Positions 19,333 to 28,719 of a DNA stretch of 44,408 nucleotides are shown here, piece by piece. Origin of the DNA: Candidatus Undinarchaeales archaeon (lineage in GTDB: Archaea > SpSt-1190 > JASMDC01). Positions within the stretch are counted from its first letter, which is position 1. The number at the start of each line of letters is the position of its first letter. Both the position numbers and the translations under genes were made by a program. The stretch is taken from contig JASMDC010000028.1 in assembly GCA_030753015.1 (NCBI GenBank), forward strand, positions 1-44,408, written 5' to 3'. The notes under the pieces are model-generated. The model did not search any database. It saw only the letters and a list, made by a program, of their open reading frames with translations, and was not told the DNA's origin.

Positions 19333-21879
19333 TTAACGTGAGCGTTCCGGCGCGGGCCTCGGCCATGACACTAGCTTCCCATCACCTCGGCCTGCCAGCA
19401 CACGGCACGGAGTGAGCGCAACACTGTACATTGACGAACCTGTTGTGCTATTAAGGAGCAGGCTGCCGGTCGTCCGATCCCATACGAGAACGGTGCCATC
19501 GAGCCCTGTGGAAGCCAGGACCTCATGGTCACCATCAAGGGCCGTCACGGCCGAGGTATGACCTGAGATGTTACGGACGAACCTTATAGTACCGTCCCCT
19601 ACGCGCCAGACCTTGATCTTCCAGTCCATCGAACCGGTGTGGACGTCACGTCCATCGGACCAGGTCGAGAGCACGGAGCCTGTGTGGGCGGCCAGTACCC
19701 TGTCGGGTTTGAAAGTGGTACCCGACCAGGCGAGCACCCTGGCATTGAATCCACCTATAACGGCCATGCCTCTGGCGATGGCTACCTCTGTAAGGGGACC
19801 CTGACCGGGCACGAGAGCATTTAGACGCTTTCTGCTCCCCGTATTCCAGATCTTGACGGTACCATCATGAGATGATGATACCAGTGAGGTCCCGTTCCAT
19901 GTGAGCCCGAATACGATCTCTCGGTGTGCCGGCCAGGTCCCAAAGGCAGCCAAGTCCGTCAGCGACCACACGGATATGGAACCGTCAAAGGAGCCAGCGA
20001 AGAGAGAAGTATCATTGGCGGCAAGAACAAAGACCGTGCCACCGGGATTCGTAGCAGAAGCGAATTGAGAAAGATCACTATGAGCGAGAGCACGGACCGT
20101 CCCGTCCGCGGACCCCGTGTACACGACATCTCCCACGACAAGGAGCGCGGTGACATCGTCGTCATGGAGGTCAATTACCGCATGAGTGGGACATATATCA
20201 GTGTCTGCGCTCGTCAAGGTACCTATTCCTCGGCGGCACGAGGGCTGTACCAATACGGGCAGGTCAGCGCATGCGCGCTCCTCTGCAGTGCCTTTTCGCC
20301 ACCCGATTCCTGCTCCCACAGCTGCCGCACACATCCGCTCGTCCGCCACGCGTGCGGTGCACATACCAAAGGCTTCGGACGGGGCCAGATCCTCCTGCCA
20401 ACGCCATCTTAAAGCCTCGAGGGCACCAGCTATACAGGCGACGCGATCGGATCCGTTCTTTGTCTTATCACAAGGTAAATCCGATAATGCGACGGGTCCT
20501 CGTTCCCACGCTTCACCCCATCCGGCACCCCATGAGCAATACCGTTCGGAAACCTGTCCTTGGAGCAAAGCGCTGCAGTGCTGCGCTAGGCGGTCCCGAT
20601 CGTCGCGGTATCGCCAACCGAGGAACCATCCGGTCTCCTCCCGACACACGGGTTTGTATACCATGTCAAGGTCGGCGCCCCACCGTCCGGGCGACACGAG
20701 AGAGACGCTCGCCAGACCACCAGGCACGAGGAGCGCCAGGGCCACGATTGCAGCAGGCACCCGCGTACCGCGCTCCCAGAGCCGGGACACGCTGATAGCC
20801 GTCGCGGCCATGAGGGGGACGTACAAGGGCAGGAGATAGCGGGCAGCCCTGAGCCCCTTATCATCGATGACGAACGGGCCCATGGTATAAGCCAGCACGT
20901 GGAGAAGGGGTACGAGCACCAGCACACGGCCCAGCGCACCTTCCTCATTCCGGAATACACGTAGCGCCAAGAGACCGTACCCGGCCGCGAGCGACATGGT
21001 GTAGAACCACGACATTACCGTCCAGCCGGTAGATGGGACGGGGATGAATCCTCGCCGAGGCAGGTGCTGGAAATCGAATGATTGTCTGAGGTCCTGTGAA
21101 ACGAGCCTCATGAGCTTCCCGGTCGGCCCAGGCGACGAACTACCTGGTGGCGGTGAGTTCCCTCCGAGGATGTCGAATCCTTCATTATCGTTGGAGGCAT
21201 TGTAGACGATGCCCGGAAGGAATCCTATGATGATACCGGTCGTTATGACGATGAACACTACCGGTCTACGGTCGCGAATAGCTACAAGAATGAGGCATGC
21301 GAGCGCGAGTGGACCGGTATCATAGCTCACCCATCCCGCGAACCCGATGGCCAATCCCAGGAGGAGATAGGAGCGTGACGACCGTGTCGGACCTGCGATC
21401 AACGGGAGTGCTGCGGCGATGACAACGAGGTCGAAGGCCCTGGCCAGGAAGTGGTCACCGATCGTCATGAGGGTGCGGAAAACGTAGTGAGGTGGTGCGA
21501 GCACCAGCATCGCTGCCATGAGCGCTGCTGCACGCCGGCCTCCATATCGGTCAACGAGCCATGTCGCCAGAACGAGGATGAAGCATGAGACGAAGAGAGA
21601 AAGTGACTTAACCGTGACCGCATGTGCGCCGAAGAGCGCCACCAACGGTCTAAGGGCGTGTATAGTGAGCACGCCACCTCCTTTGTACGGCCATACATAA
21701 TCGTACGCGGACAGGTCAGGGCGCGAGAGCATCTCGAGAGCGACGGTACCATAGATGCACTCGTCCTCCGGGGCCGAGATGAAGGGCGAGGCCGTGTACA
21801 GCACGAGAGCGCGGAGGACGAGGTTCGCCACAAGGGCGATGAGGATAATACGACCCAGTGACGGCTTGTGGTCTGCCAT
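19333..21879 (-). CDS. GT-C fold (ArnT/PMT-like) multi-pass glycosyltransferase fused to Cys repeats and a C-terminal WD40 beta-propeller
   Basis: An acidic loop motif after TM1 (APEDECIY), many TM helices, and RYLLPLY. WD40 motifs: YTGSADGTVR, GSFDGSISVW, SSSHDGTVKIWN, TGSMDWKIKVW, GHTSAVTAL..STGLDGTVLVWD. Confidence 0.82.
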   Translation of the reverse strand: MADHKPSLGRIILIALVANLVLRALVLYTASPFISAPEDECIYGTVALEMLSRPDLSAYDYVWPYKGGGVLTIHALRPLVALFGAHAVTVKSLSLFVSCFILVLATWLVDRYGGRRAAALMAAMLVLAPPHYVFRTLMTIGDHFLARAFDLVVIAAALPLIAGPTRSSRSYLLLGLAIGFAGWVSYDTGPLALACLILVAIRDRRPVVFIVITTGIIIGFLPGIVYNASNDNEGFDILGGNSPPPGSSSPGPTGKLMRLVSQDLRQSFDFQHLPRRGFIPVPSTGWTVMSWFYTMSLAAGYGLLALRVFRNEEGALGRVLVLVPLLHVLAYTMGPFVIDDKGLRAARYLLPLYVPLMAATAISVSRLWERGTRVPAAIVALALLVPGGLASVSLVSPGRWGADLDMVYKPVCREETGWFLGWRYRDDRDRLAQHCSALLQGQVSERYCSWGAGWGEAWERGPVALSDLPCDKTKNGSDRVACIAGALEALRWRWQEDLAPSEAFGMCTARVADERMCAAAVGAGIGWRKGTAEERACADLPVLVQPSCRRGIGTLTSADTDICPTHAVIDLHDDDVTALLVVGDVVYTGSADGTVRALAHSDLSQFASATNPGGTVFVLAANDTSLFAGSFDGSISVWSLTDLAAFGTWPAHREIVFGLTWNGTSLVSSSHDGTVKIWNTGSRKRLNALVPGQGPLTEVAIARGMAVIGGFNARVLAWSGTTFKPDRVLAAHTGSVLSTWSDGRDVHTGSMDWKIKVWRVGDGTIRFVRNISGHTSAVTALDGDHEVLASTGLDGTVLVWDRTTGSLLLNSTTGSSMYSVALTPCRVLAGRGDGKLVSWPRPAPERSR

Positions 21880-21881
21880 GC

Positions 21882-22898
21882 TCACGGCACCCCCCGCAGT
21901 GCGTCCAGGACCTTTCCACCAAGGTCGGCGACAGTTCCTGAATTAAGACCGAGGAGGAGGCTCGCCTCGATGGGACCATAAAGGTAGCACCCGCCACAAG
22001 CAGACCTGTCCGTGAGCGTCATGAAAGCGTCGACCGAGGCGTCCCCGGGAGGGCCCTTGGGGTGGACCGCCTCGTCCAGCTTGGCGCAACAGGTGGCGAT
22101 CCCCCCGTCTGGTGTGATGTTACAGAATATGCGACCTGCCAGACACGATACCGAATGAGGGACTCGGGGCCACGTGTCCCTGAGCAACCGGAGATAGGGG
22201 CGGGACGAGAGCACGGGACGCCCACGCGCTTTCTCTTCCAGGAGGAACGTCGCAGCTGCTCGGACCTGGTCTCGTGACGGTACCAAGTCCACCGCCTCCG
22301 ATGGTGAGACATGGTCATGCTCACCCACTGGCTGGACAAGGAGCTGGGCACCAGCACTCTGAGCGACATCGAGGAACCCTCTGATGTCACTTGCGGTCTC
22401 CCGGGAAAGCACTCCCACAACGATCCGGCGGGGACCGCCTTTGGGAAGAGCGTCGAGCCCCTCCATGACGCGGTCGAATGTACCATCGCCCCGCGTGAGG
22501 TCGCAGACCTCGCGTGGTCCGTCCAAGCTGATGAGAAGAGTATCCAAATTTAGTATCCATGATGTGTCGTCTAATCCTGAGAGGAGCGTACCATTAGTGA
22601 CGACGCTTACAACGAGACCAAGGCGTTGGCCCTCGTCCACGAGCTGGCCGATGTCGGACCTGAGCAGGGGCTCGCCCCCATTAAAGCTCCACGAGACGCA
22701 TCCGGCCTTGGCGAAGGCCGTCATGAGGGCGATCACATCCTCAGTGCTCATCTCGTTGCCACCAGGACCGCGTCTGCCACAGTATCGGCATGTAAGGTTG
22801 CACCGATAAGTAAGGTGGCAGCTCACCTTCAGAGGGATGCGGGCACCCGCGACCGCACGGAGCCCACTTGTGGCAGCGCGCGCTAACCTACTCGTCAT
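21882..22898 (-). CDS. Radical SAM protein with SPASM/twitch-like C-terminus
   Basis: LTYRCNLTCRYC (CxxxCxxC), GGEPLLR, VTNGTLL and ISLDG...D..RG motifs. C-terminal CLAG...ITPDG...CC...CGGC. Confidence 0.9.
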   Translation of the reverse strand: MTSRLARAATSGLRAVAGARIPLKVSCHLTYRCNLTCRYCGRRGPGGNEMSTEDVIALMTAFAKAGCVSWSFNGGEPLLRSDIGQLVDEGQRLGLVVSVVTNGTLLSGLDDTSWILNLDTLLISLDGPREVCDLTRGDGTFDRVMEGLDALPKGGPRRIVVGVLSRETASDIRGFLDVAQSAGAQLLVQPVGEHDHVSPSEAVDLVPSRDQVRAAATFLLEEKARGRPVLSSRPYLRLLRDTWPRVPHSVSCLAGRIFCNITPDGGIATCCAKLDEAVHPKGPPGDASVDAFMTLTDRSACGGCYLYGPIEASLLLGLNSGTVADLGGKVLDALRGVP

Positions 22899-23907
22899 GA
22901 GCTAGACCACCTCCAGGACCGCTCGCAGTGAAGGACGGACCTATCAAGGGGTAAAGGAGGGTGGCCGTTGCTGCCGCGCAGGCCAGTGCGAGCGAGGTCG
23001 CGATACAATAGATAAGGAACACATCGCCCTCGCGTCGGAACGCTGCTGCGTAAAAGGCACGGTTCGAAAGAACGAACGGCACCAATAGCACGATACCAAC
23101 GATGGCGAGAGTGTGTTCACGTACAACTGCAGCGATTACCAGTAATAGAAGGCCGGTGAGCGCGCACATAGCGCCGATCCCCCTCCCGCGGGAGGTGATC
23201 CCGGAGCCGAAACGGCGGGTGCGTCCAAAGAGGGCCAACCAATAAAGAGTACGTCGGAAGTAGCGCCGGGCGACCTGAGGGAACGGCCGGAAGAAATGCC
23301 GACAGCGGACCTCAGGATCGAGCAGGATGGTGTGGTGCTCGGTCACCCTGAAGCCGAGCTCGATGTCCTCCATTTCCACGAACCGCACGTCGAATCCGCC
23401 CACATCGTCGAACACGGAGCGTCGGATGGCGCCACACGCGGTCGTTATGTGGGTGAACGTCCGGAATCCCGAGAAGTTTGAGAACTTGCGCAAGGCCATG
23501 TACCGATCGAAGGGCGAGGCTGGATCGTTGGCCGGTTCGGGCTCGTACAAGCCGTTCACACCAGCAGCATCAGGATCAGCTACAAGGTCGTCCATCACCC
23601 GTACTGCTGCATCAGGGGAAAGCACCACATCGGCGTCCACGAAGAATATGATATCGCCAGTGGTCTCAGCAACGCCCCGGTTGCGTCCGTGGGCCGGCCC
23701 CGGGGCCGCGTCGTCCACAACCACTCGACATGACCGCTCCCGTGCTATCTCGACGGTGCGGTCCGTGCTCCCGCCATCGACCACGATTATCTCCACACCT
23801 GACAATGACTGGGCGAGCGCTGCGTCCAAGCACTTTCCGATGGTCATCTCGGCATTGAGAGTGGGAATGACAATAGAGATGACGGGCGAGCCCTCCTTTT
23901 CAACCAC
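22888..23907 (-). CDS. Family 2 glycosyltransferase with C-terminal TM helices
   Basis: ISIVIPTLNAE, VVDGGSTDRT, GPAHGRNRG, FVDAD, GGFD...EDIELGFR motifs. Start moved from 24036 to GTG 23907, which overlaps the stop of the upstream GT2. Confidence 0.9.
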   Translation of the reverse strand: MVEKEGSPVISIVIPTLNAEMTIGKCLDAALAQSLSGVEIIVVDGGSTDRTVEIARERSCRVVVDDAAPGPAHGRNRGVAETTGDIIFFVDADVVLSPDAAVRVMDDLVADPDAAGVNGLYEPEPANDPASPFDRYMALRKFSNFSGFRTFTHITTACGAIRRSVFDDVGGFDVRFVEMEDIELGFRVTEHHTILLDPEVRCRHFFRPFPQVARRYFRRTLYWLALFGRTRRFGSGITSRGRGIGAMCALTGLLLLVIAAVVREHTLAIVGIVLLVPFVLSNRAFYAAAFRREGDVFLIYCIATSLALACAAATATLLYPLIGPSFTASGPGGGLAHDE

Positions 23908-24580
23908 GACGCTCACCCCAAAGTCCGAGTCTGAGCAAGCAGGCAATCCCCTCGGCGAGCCTGAACGGAGAGCCAAACTTGGCATCACCGTATTTGCGCG
24001 GTCTATGGGAGACAGTGACCTCCCCAAGGCGAGCACCGCGGAGGGCTAATAGGACGGGGAGATATCTGTGCTCGCCGGGTGCGAGCTCTAGCTCGCGAAC
24101 GAATCGTGCACGGATCGCGCGAATCGGGCAGTTCGTATCATGGAGTCCGAGACGGAACACAATCCTGACGAGAAGGTTGAACAACCGTGATGGCACGACC
24201 TTGGAAAGATAGGGATGACACCGAGTGCGGCGCCAGCCGATAACCGCGTCATGGTCGTCGTCCAGCTTGTCGAGGAGGAGTGGGACATCGGCCGGATCGT
24301 CCTGAAGATCACCGTCGAGCGTGACGATAATATCGCCTCGCGCGTGCTTGAATCCTGCCGTGTATGCGGCCGACTTCCCACGGTGCGCTCCCAGGTGAAC
24401 GGGGACGATCCGCTCGTCCTCTTGTGCCATCTCATCCATAGCCTCGGCGCTACCATCGGTGCTCCCGTCTTCGACGAGGATGAGCTCGATCTTGTCACCG
24501 ATATCTCTAGCCATGACCTCTTCGGCGAGGTGTGGGAGCGATCCCACCTCGTCCCATATGGGGACCACGATCGAGATCAC
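23900..24580 (-). CDS. Family 2 glycosyltransferase, polyprenol-phosphate sugar transferase (DPM1/ArnC-like)
   Basis: ISIVVPIWDE, EDGSTDGS, GKSAA, LDGDLQDDP, GWR, HDTNC, HRYLP and HRPRKYG motifs. Confidence 0.92.
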   Translation of the reverse strand: MISIVVPIWDEVGSLPHLAEEVMARDIGDKIELILVEDGSTDGSAEAMDEMAQEDERIVPVHLGAHRGKSAAYTAGFKHARGDIIVTLDGDLQDDPADVPLLLDKLDDDHDAVIGWRRTRCHPYLSKVVPSRLFNLLVRIVFRLGLHDTNCPIRAIRARFVRELELAPGEHRYLPVLLALRGARLGEVTVSHRPRKYGDAKFGSPFRLAEGIACLLRLGLWGERRG

Positions 24581-26043
24581 GTGATGTCACGCTCCCCCTT
24601 CATGAGGAAGGAGTTGATGAGACAGGACAGCCCTGTTACGTTCTTCTTGACATCGCACAGGTCCCGGATCCGTGTGATGCGGTGGAGAACGTACTCGGGT
24701 CGCATGAAGAAGGAGCGGAGGGACCTCCGCTCGAGGCGGTTGAGCTCCTCGCCGGTCATGATACCCAGCTCATCACGTCGTACGTCGGTGAGCTCTCCGA
24801 GCACGAGCGAGGGTCCACCCTCAAGGCCCTCGAACTCATCGGTGGCGTGATAGAAGCTGAGTGGAGTGAAGTTCGCGTAATCGAGGTCCAGCGTTTTGGC
24901 GAATCGTACGGTCTCGGCCACGTCCTCCTCGGTCTCACCGGGGAAGCCGATCATGAAGAATCCGAGCACCTCGAGCCCCGCTTCGCTTGCATGGCCCACT
25001 GCCTCGCGCACCTGGTCGAGGGTGATCCCCTTACCTATCTCGTCCAACACGCGTTGTGATCCTGATTCGATCCCAAAATAGACCGTTCGACAACCTGCCT
25101 CGCGCATGAGCCTGAGGATGTCACGGTCCACGGCATTGGCGCGTACGTTCGCATGCCAGACTATGTTCAGCTTCGCATCGATCATGGCCTCACAGATGGC
25201 CTGAGCGTTGTTCCGGGGCACTGTGAACACGTTGGAGAAGAACATGATATCGCGCACGCTGTACTGCTCCCGCAGCCAGTGCAGCTCCTCGACGATGTTC
25301 TCGGGAGACCGCCAGCGGAAGTCCTTTGCCGAATCGCAGAACGTGCAGTTGAACGCGCATCCCCGGGAGTCGATGACCGAGGAGCAGGGGAGGAGGTGGA
25401 ACCGGTTCTGGGTCGGGATGTAGTCGGCCAGGTCGATGAGAGAATAATCGGGGAAGGGGAGCGTATCAAGGTCGCGGACACCAGGTAGAATTCCCCCATC
25501 CACGGGCCCGTCCGCTGTCCGCGCAATTATACCACGCATGCCTGCGAGCGGCTCCCGTGTCGATGCGCGACGGACAAGTTCGGTGATAAGGGGCTCGCCC
25601 TCACCAGGGATGATAGCGTCGAGAGTCGGGCACTCGACAAGGAGCCGTGCGCCCATCCTGCGAGCATGGGCCCCACCGGCAACGATGGTGAGGCGGGGAA
25701 ACCGCTCTCGGAGCCGTGTAATGCTCGTGCGGTCACGGGGCCAGTTCTTGGCGTGAAGCTGGACGGCAAGGACATCCGGACGCCACTGCTCGATGACACG
25801 GACGAAGTCATCCAGCGAGTAGGTGAATCCGTCGAGGAACCGGGTCTCCACCCCATCCAACCGGAGCACTGAGGAGAGGTACATAAGGCCCAGAGGGGGA
25901 CTGGTCCCCACCCATGTACCAGAGTCGCCGGTGAGCCACTGAACCAGGGAGTTCGGTGTGTACTGGAAAGCAGGGCGCATGCCGTCATAATCCCAGGGCA
26001 GGGACGCGAAGAGTACCCGTACCGGTGCATTCTTCTGACTCAT
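24577..26043 (-). CDS. Cobalamin-binding (class B) radical SAM protein
   Basis: PPLGLMYLSSVL, GGAHA and GEGE in the B12-binding domain. SRGCAFNCTFC (CxxxCxxC), FGIESGSQRVL, FMIGFPGET. Confidence 0.93.
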   Translation of the reverse strand: MSQKNAPVRVLFASLPWDYDGMRPAFQYTPNSLVQWLTGDSGTWVGTSPPLGLMYLSSVLRLDGVETRFLDGFTYSLDDFVRVIEQWRPDVLAVQLHAKNWPRDRTSITRLRERFPRLTIVAGGAHARRMGARLLVECPTLDAIIPGEGEPLITELVRRASTREPLAGMRGIIARTADGPVDGGILPGVRDLDTLPFPDYSLIDLADYIPTQNRFHLLPCSSVIDSRGCAFNCTFCDSAKDFRWRSPENIVEELHWLREQYSVRDIMFFSNVFTVPRNNAQAICEAMIDAKLNIVWHANVRANAVDRDILRLMREAGCRTVYFGIESGSQRVLDEIGKGITLDQVREAVGHASEAGLEVLGFFMIGFPGETEEDVAETVRFAKTLDLDYANFTPLSFYHATDEFEGLEGGPSLVLGELTDVRRDELGIMTGEELNRLERRSLRSFFMRPEYVLHRITRIRDLCDVKKNVTGLSCLINSFLMKGERDIT

Positions 26044-26066
26044 TCGTTCGAGGTTACGTTCTGTTG

Positions 26067-26075
26067 TTTAATAAA
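26067..26075 (-). promoter_or_regulatory. Putative TATA box for the radical SAM/glycosyltransferase operon
   Basis: Minus-strand TTTATTAAA, 24 bp upstream of ATG 26043. Confidence 0.6.
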
Positions 26076-26078
26076 AGG

Positions 26079-27080
26079 TTATCGAGGTCCCGGCCCGCCA
26101 TTCTCAGGACGATGATCCCAGACGACCGTCAGCCCTGCAAGCGCGGCCACGGCCGTCGTGACAAGGAAGGAGGCGAACGCCGCGGCGACGGCGACCTCGG
26201 GCTTGACGTCATACGCTCCGAAAGCGAACATGGCGGTCCCCTCGCGTACGCCCAGGGAGGCGATGGTGAGTGGTACTGACTTCACCAGCACGACGATAGG
26301 AAGGACAGCGAGCGTCGTCCCGAGATTGAGGATGGCACCGAAGCCCAGGAGAAGGAAATGGAACTGCACCATCACCGTACCATATGCCAGCACCGTCAGA
26401 ATGAGCGTCTTGAACAGCACGCTCGTGGGGGGGGACACGACCGCCCCCTTGATCTCCTCCGGGAGCGAGCTCTCGCCCACCCATGGGAGCAGCTCGAGAG
26501 CGGCGGCGGAGCGGGTTACGGCTGCGAACGGTCTGGCCAAGAACGCCAGGGCCAGTGCGGCCACAACGACGTAGGCAGCAGTAAGCGCAGGGGGTACGAT
26601 AGAGAGCCCGAACACGATCCCGAGGATCACCACCACGAGTACGTCCATGGCCTTGTCAACGGCGACGAGGGTGACCATCTTGCTCCTGTCGCCCTCGAAC
26701 TGACTCGCCCGGGCCACCTCGCCCACCCTACCAGGCGTCAGTACACCAACGCTCATCCCTACCATAAAGGACCGGACGCTCTTCTTGAAGCTCACGTCCC
26801 TCACCGTCCTGGCGAGCATGTGCCACTTGGCCGCCTTGAGGAGTAGGAAGACCGGTGCAAGAGCACAGGCTATACCAAGATGGAGCCCCCGTATCCGCAG
26901 TCCGGAGTCGGTGAAGACACCGAGGTCGATGGAAGAGAGCACGACACCGACGACGAGGACGGTGAGCAAAGTCCGCACGATGGTCCCCGACCGACCGGAA
27001 CTCTCCTTGACCGGTGCTTTCGCAGCATCCAGTCTGTCATCATCGTCCACGGGACTCGCCTGTTCTCTGATGTACGACAT
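26079..27080 (-). CDS. Lysylphosphatidylglycerol synthase TM-domain (flippase-like, AglD2/YbhN family) membrane protein
   Basis: KAAKWHML, TPGRVGEVAR, VDKAMD and PLTIASLGVREG motifs, with multiple TM helices. The true start is ATG 27080 or GTG 27050, not 27290. Confidence 0.85.
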   Translation of the reverse strand: MSYIREQASPVDDDDRLDAAKAPVKESSGRSGTIVRTLLTVLVVGVVLSSIDLGVFTDSGLRIRGLHLGIACALAPVFLLLKAAKWHMLARTVRDVSFKKSVRSFMVGMSVGVLTPGRVGEVARASQFEGDRSKMVTLVAVDKAMDVLVVVILGIVFGLSIVPPALTAAYVVVAALALAFLARPFAAVTRSAAALELLPWVGESSLPEEIKGAVVSPPTSVLFKTLILTVLAYGTVMVQFHFLLLGFGAILNLGTTLAVLPIVVLVKSVPLTIASLGVREGTAMFAFGAYDVKPEVAVAAAFASFLVTTAVAALAGLTVVWDHRPENGGPGPR

Positions 27081-27082
27081 CC

Positions 27083-27097
27083 AATTATATAATATAC
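27083..27097. promoter_or_regulatory. AT-rich bidirectional TATA region between divergent genes
   Basis: AATTATATAATATAC lies between the flippase-like gene (-) and the lipoprotein gene (+). TATATAA is ~23 bp upstream of ATG 27115. Confidence 0.6.
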
Positions 27098-27114
27098 GCT
27101 CGCCGTTCATGTGC

Positions 27115-28719
27115 ATGGTGCGCCGTGCCATCCTCCTCATCGTGGCTCTGGCCCTCGTGGCCGGATGTCTCGGTGAGCGCACGGATGCAGGCCAAAGTAT
27201 ATGCGGGAACGGTGTGCGCGAAGCTGGGGAGGCATGCGACGGTTCTGATCTAGGCGACTGCATCGCCTGCGACATGGACCCGACCATCAATCCGGAACAA
27301 TGCGTATGCGCCGGTTACTGCGGCGACGACATTATCCAAGAGCCCAATGACGACAACGTCACAGAACGATGCGACGGTACGGACGCAGAGCTCTGCCCTG
27401 GTGAATGTCTCGATGACTGCAGCTGCCCCGGAATCCCTGTGAAGTCGTCCTGCCCCATACTGTACGCCTCGGACGGCGAGGGTTTCACCTTCATCACCGA
27501 TATGGTCGGTAACGGTGTGGTGGGCTTCCCACTCACCCCTGACCTGACGAAGTACCATGATCCCGTGGAATGGATCCTCCTACCACCGGGCCTCCCTTAC
27601 GAGCATGACGGGATCCTCGAGCTCCGGGTTGTGGAGCAGCTTGCCGAGATCACATTCCTCGACGGGATCGAGCTGGTTGCCGTCGACCATCCTGCGGGCA
27701 CATCGGCCTTCCCCATCGAGGGTGTACGGATGTTCCCACCCTACCTTCCCGAGGGTATCGTGCTCGCGGACGACCTGCGGCCACCTGTTGTCATGACCGA
27801 TGATGCCGGACGCGACCTGTCGTCACTGCTCACGGCCGTCGACGGACGGTACGCCCCTGTCGAGACCATGCCCTACGAGGGTTTCGCGGAACCACACACT
27901 CTGATCATCGACGTGGGTGATGTGACCGGTGCGGACCGCGTGCTCCTATTTCTCACCGGCGGAACGCGCTACCCACAGGCCTACTCCACCATCCCGGCCT
28001 GGAACGACGGGATACGGATGGTCCTGCCCACCGTCCAGGTCCCCGACAGCGCGGGAGGATGGCGGACAGTGATGGAGAACGCCCCGTTCCCCGCCGGTCT
28101 CCCCTCAAAGACGGTCACCCTCGACCTCACAGGACTTATAGATCCCGCTGACACCAAGGTCCGCATCCTCACAGGACTCGTTGCCTACTGGGACCGCGTG
28201 GTGGTCTCGACCGGACCGCCCCACGCATCACCCGTTATCACTCACTTGTCGCCGGTCAAGGCCAAGCTCGAGTATCGCGGTTTCCCTGCCCCACTGCCAC
28301 CCAAGGGCCCCTTTCCGCAGTATGACTACGGGAGCGACTGGCAGGGGCCAGATGTGCCTTCCGTAGCAGGTGACCTGACACGGTACGGCGACGTGCTCCC
28401 CCTCATGGCCCCCGGTGATGACATGTTCACCGTCATGGGCCCTGGTGACGAGGTGGCGGTTTCCTTCGACGCAGGCGACCTCCCGCCATTGGCCGAGGGC
28501 TCGGTGCGCACCTTCATGGTCAGGGCGGACCTGTTCTTCAAGGAGCTGTACGAGGAATCACCGGTTTATGACACGGTGGCACCGCTGCCGTTCCACGGTA
28601 TGTCCACGTACCCACCACCGGGGGGAGAGAGCTACCCGTCCGACCAGAGGCATCAGGATTATCAGGCTGTGTACAACACTCGACCTTTCGGAGCCCTCAG
28701 GTCCACACCCCGGGGATGA
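27115..28719 (+). CDS. Lipoprotein with CGNG/CGDD Cys repeats and a domain like the C-terminus of ASPIC/UnbV (CRTAC1-like) FG-GAP proteins (~534 aa)
   Basis: Lipobox MVRRAILLIVALALVAG|C. ICGNGVREAGEACDG and YCGDDII..ERCDG resemble Myxococcus Cys-rich repeats. SSCPILY..DG..F.FITD, ELVAVDHP, G.LTRYGDV, PLPFHGM..YP...E.YP.D..H..Y...YNTR. Confidence 0.8.
   Translation: MVRRAILLIVALALVAGCLGERTDAGQSICGNGVREAGEACDGSDLGDCIACDMDPTINPEQCVCAGYCGDDIIQEPNDDNVTERCDGTDAELCPGECLDDCSCPGIPVKSSCPILYASDGEGFTFITDMVGNGVVGFPLTPDLTKYHDPVEWILLPPGLPYEHDGILELRVVEQLAEITFLDGIELVAVDHPAGTSAFPIEGVRMFPPYLPEGIVLADDLRPPVVMTDDAGRDLSSLLTAVDGRYAPVETMPYEGFAEPHTLIIDVGDVTGADRVLLFLTGGTRYPQAYSTIPAWNDGIRMVLPTVQVPDSAGGWRTVMENAPFPAGLPSKTVTLDLTGLIDPADTKVRILTGLVAYWDRVVVSTGPPHASPVITHLSPVKAKLEYRGFPAPLPPKGPFPQYDYGSDWQGPDVPSVAGDLTRYGDVLPLMAPGDDMFTVMGPGDEVAVSFDAGDLPPLAEGSVRTFMVRADLFFKELYEESPVYDTVAPLPFHGMSTYPPPGGESYPSDQRHQDYQAVYNTRPFGALRSTPRG

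Noticed and set aside
26785-27290. Apparent 500-bp head-to-head overlap of ORFs 26079-27290 (-) and 26785-28719 (+)
   Set aside because: This is an artefact of longest-ORF calling. Credible starts are 27080/27050 and 27115, flanking a shared AT-rich promoter.
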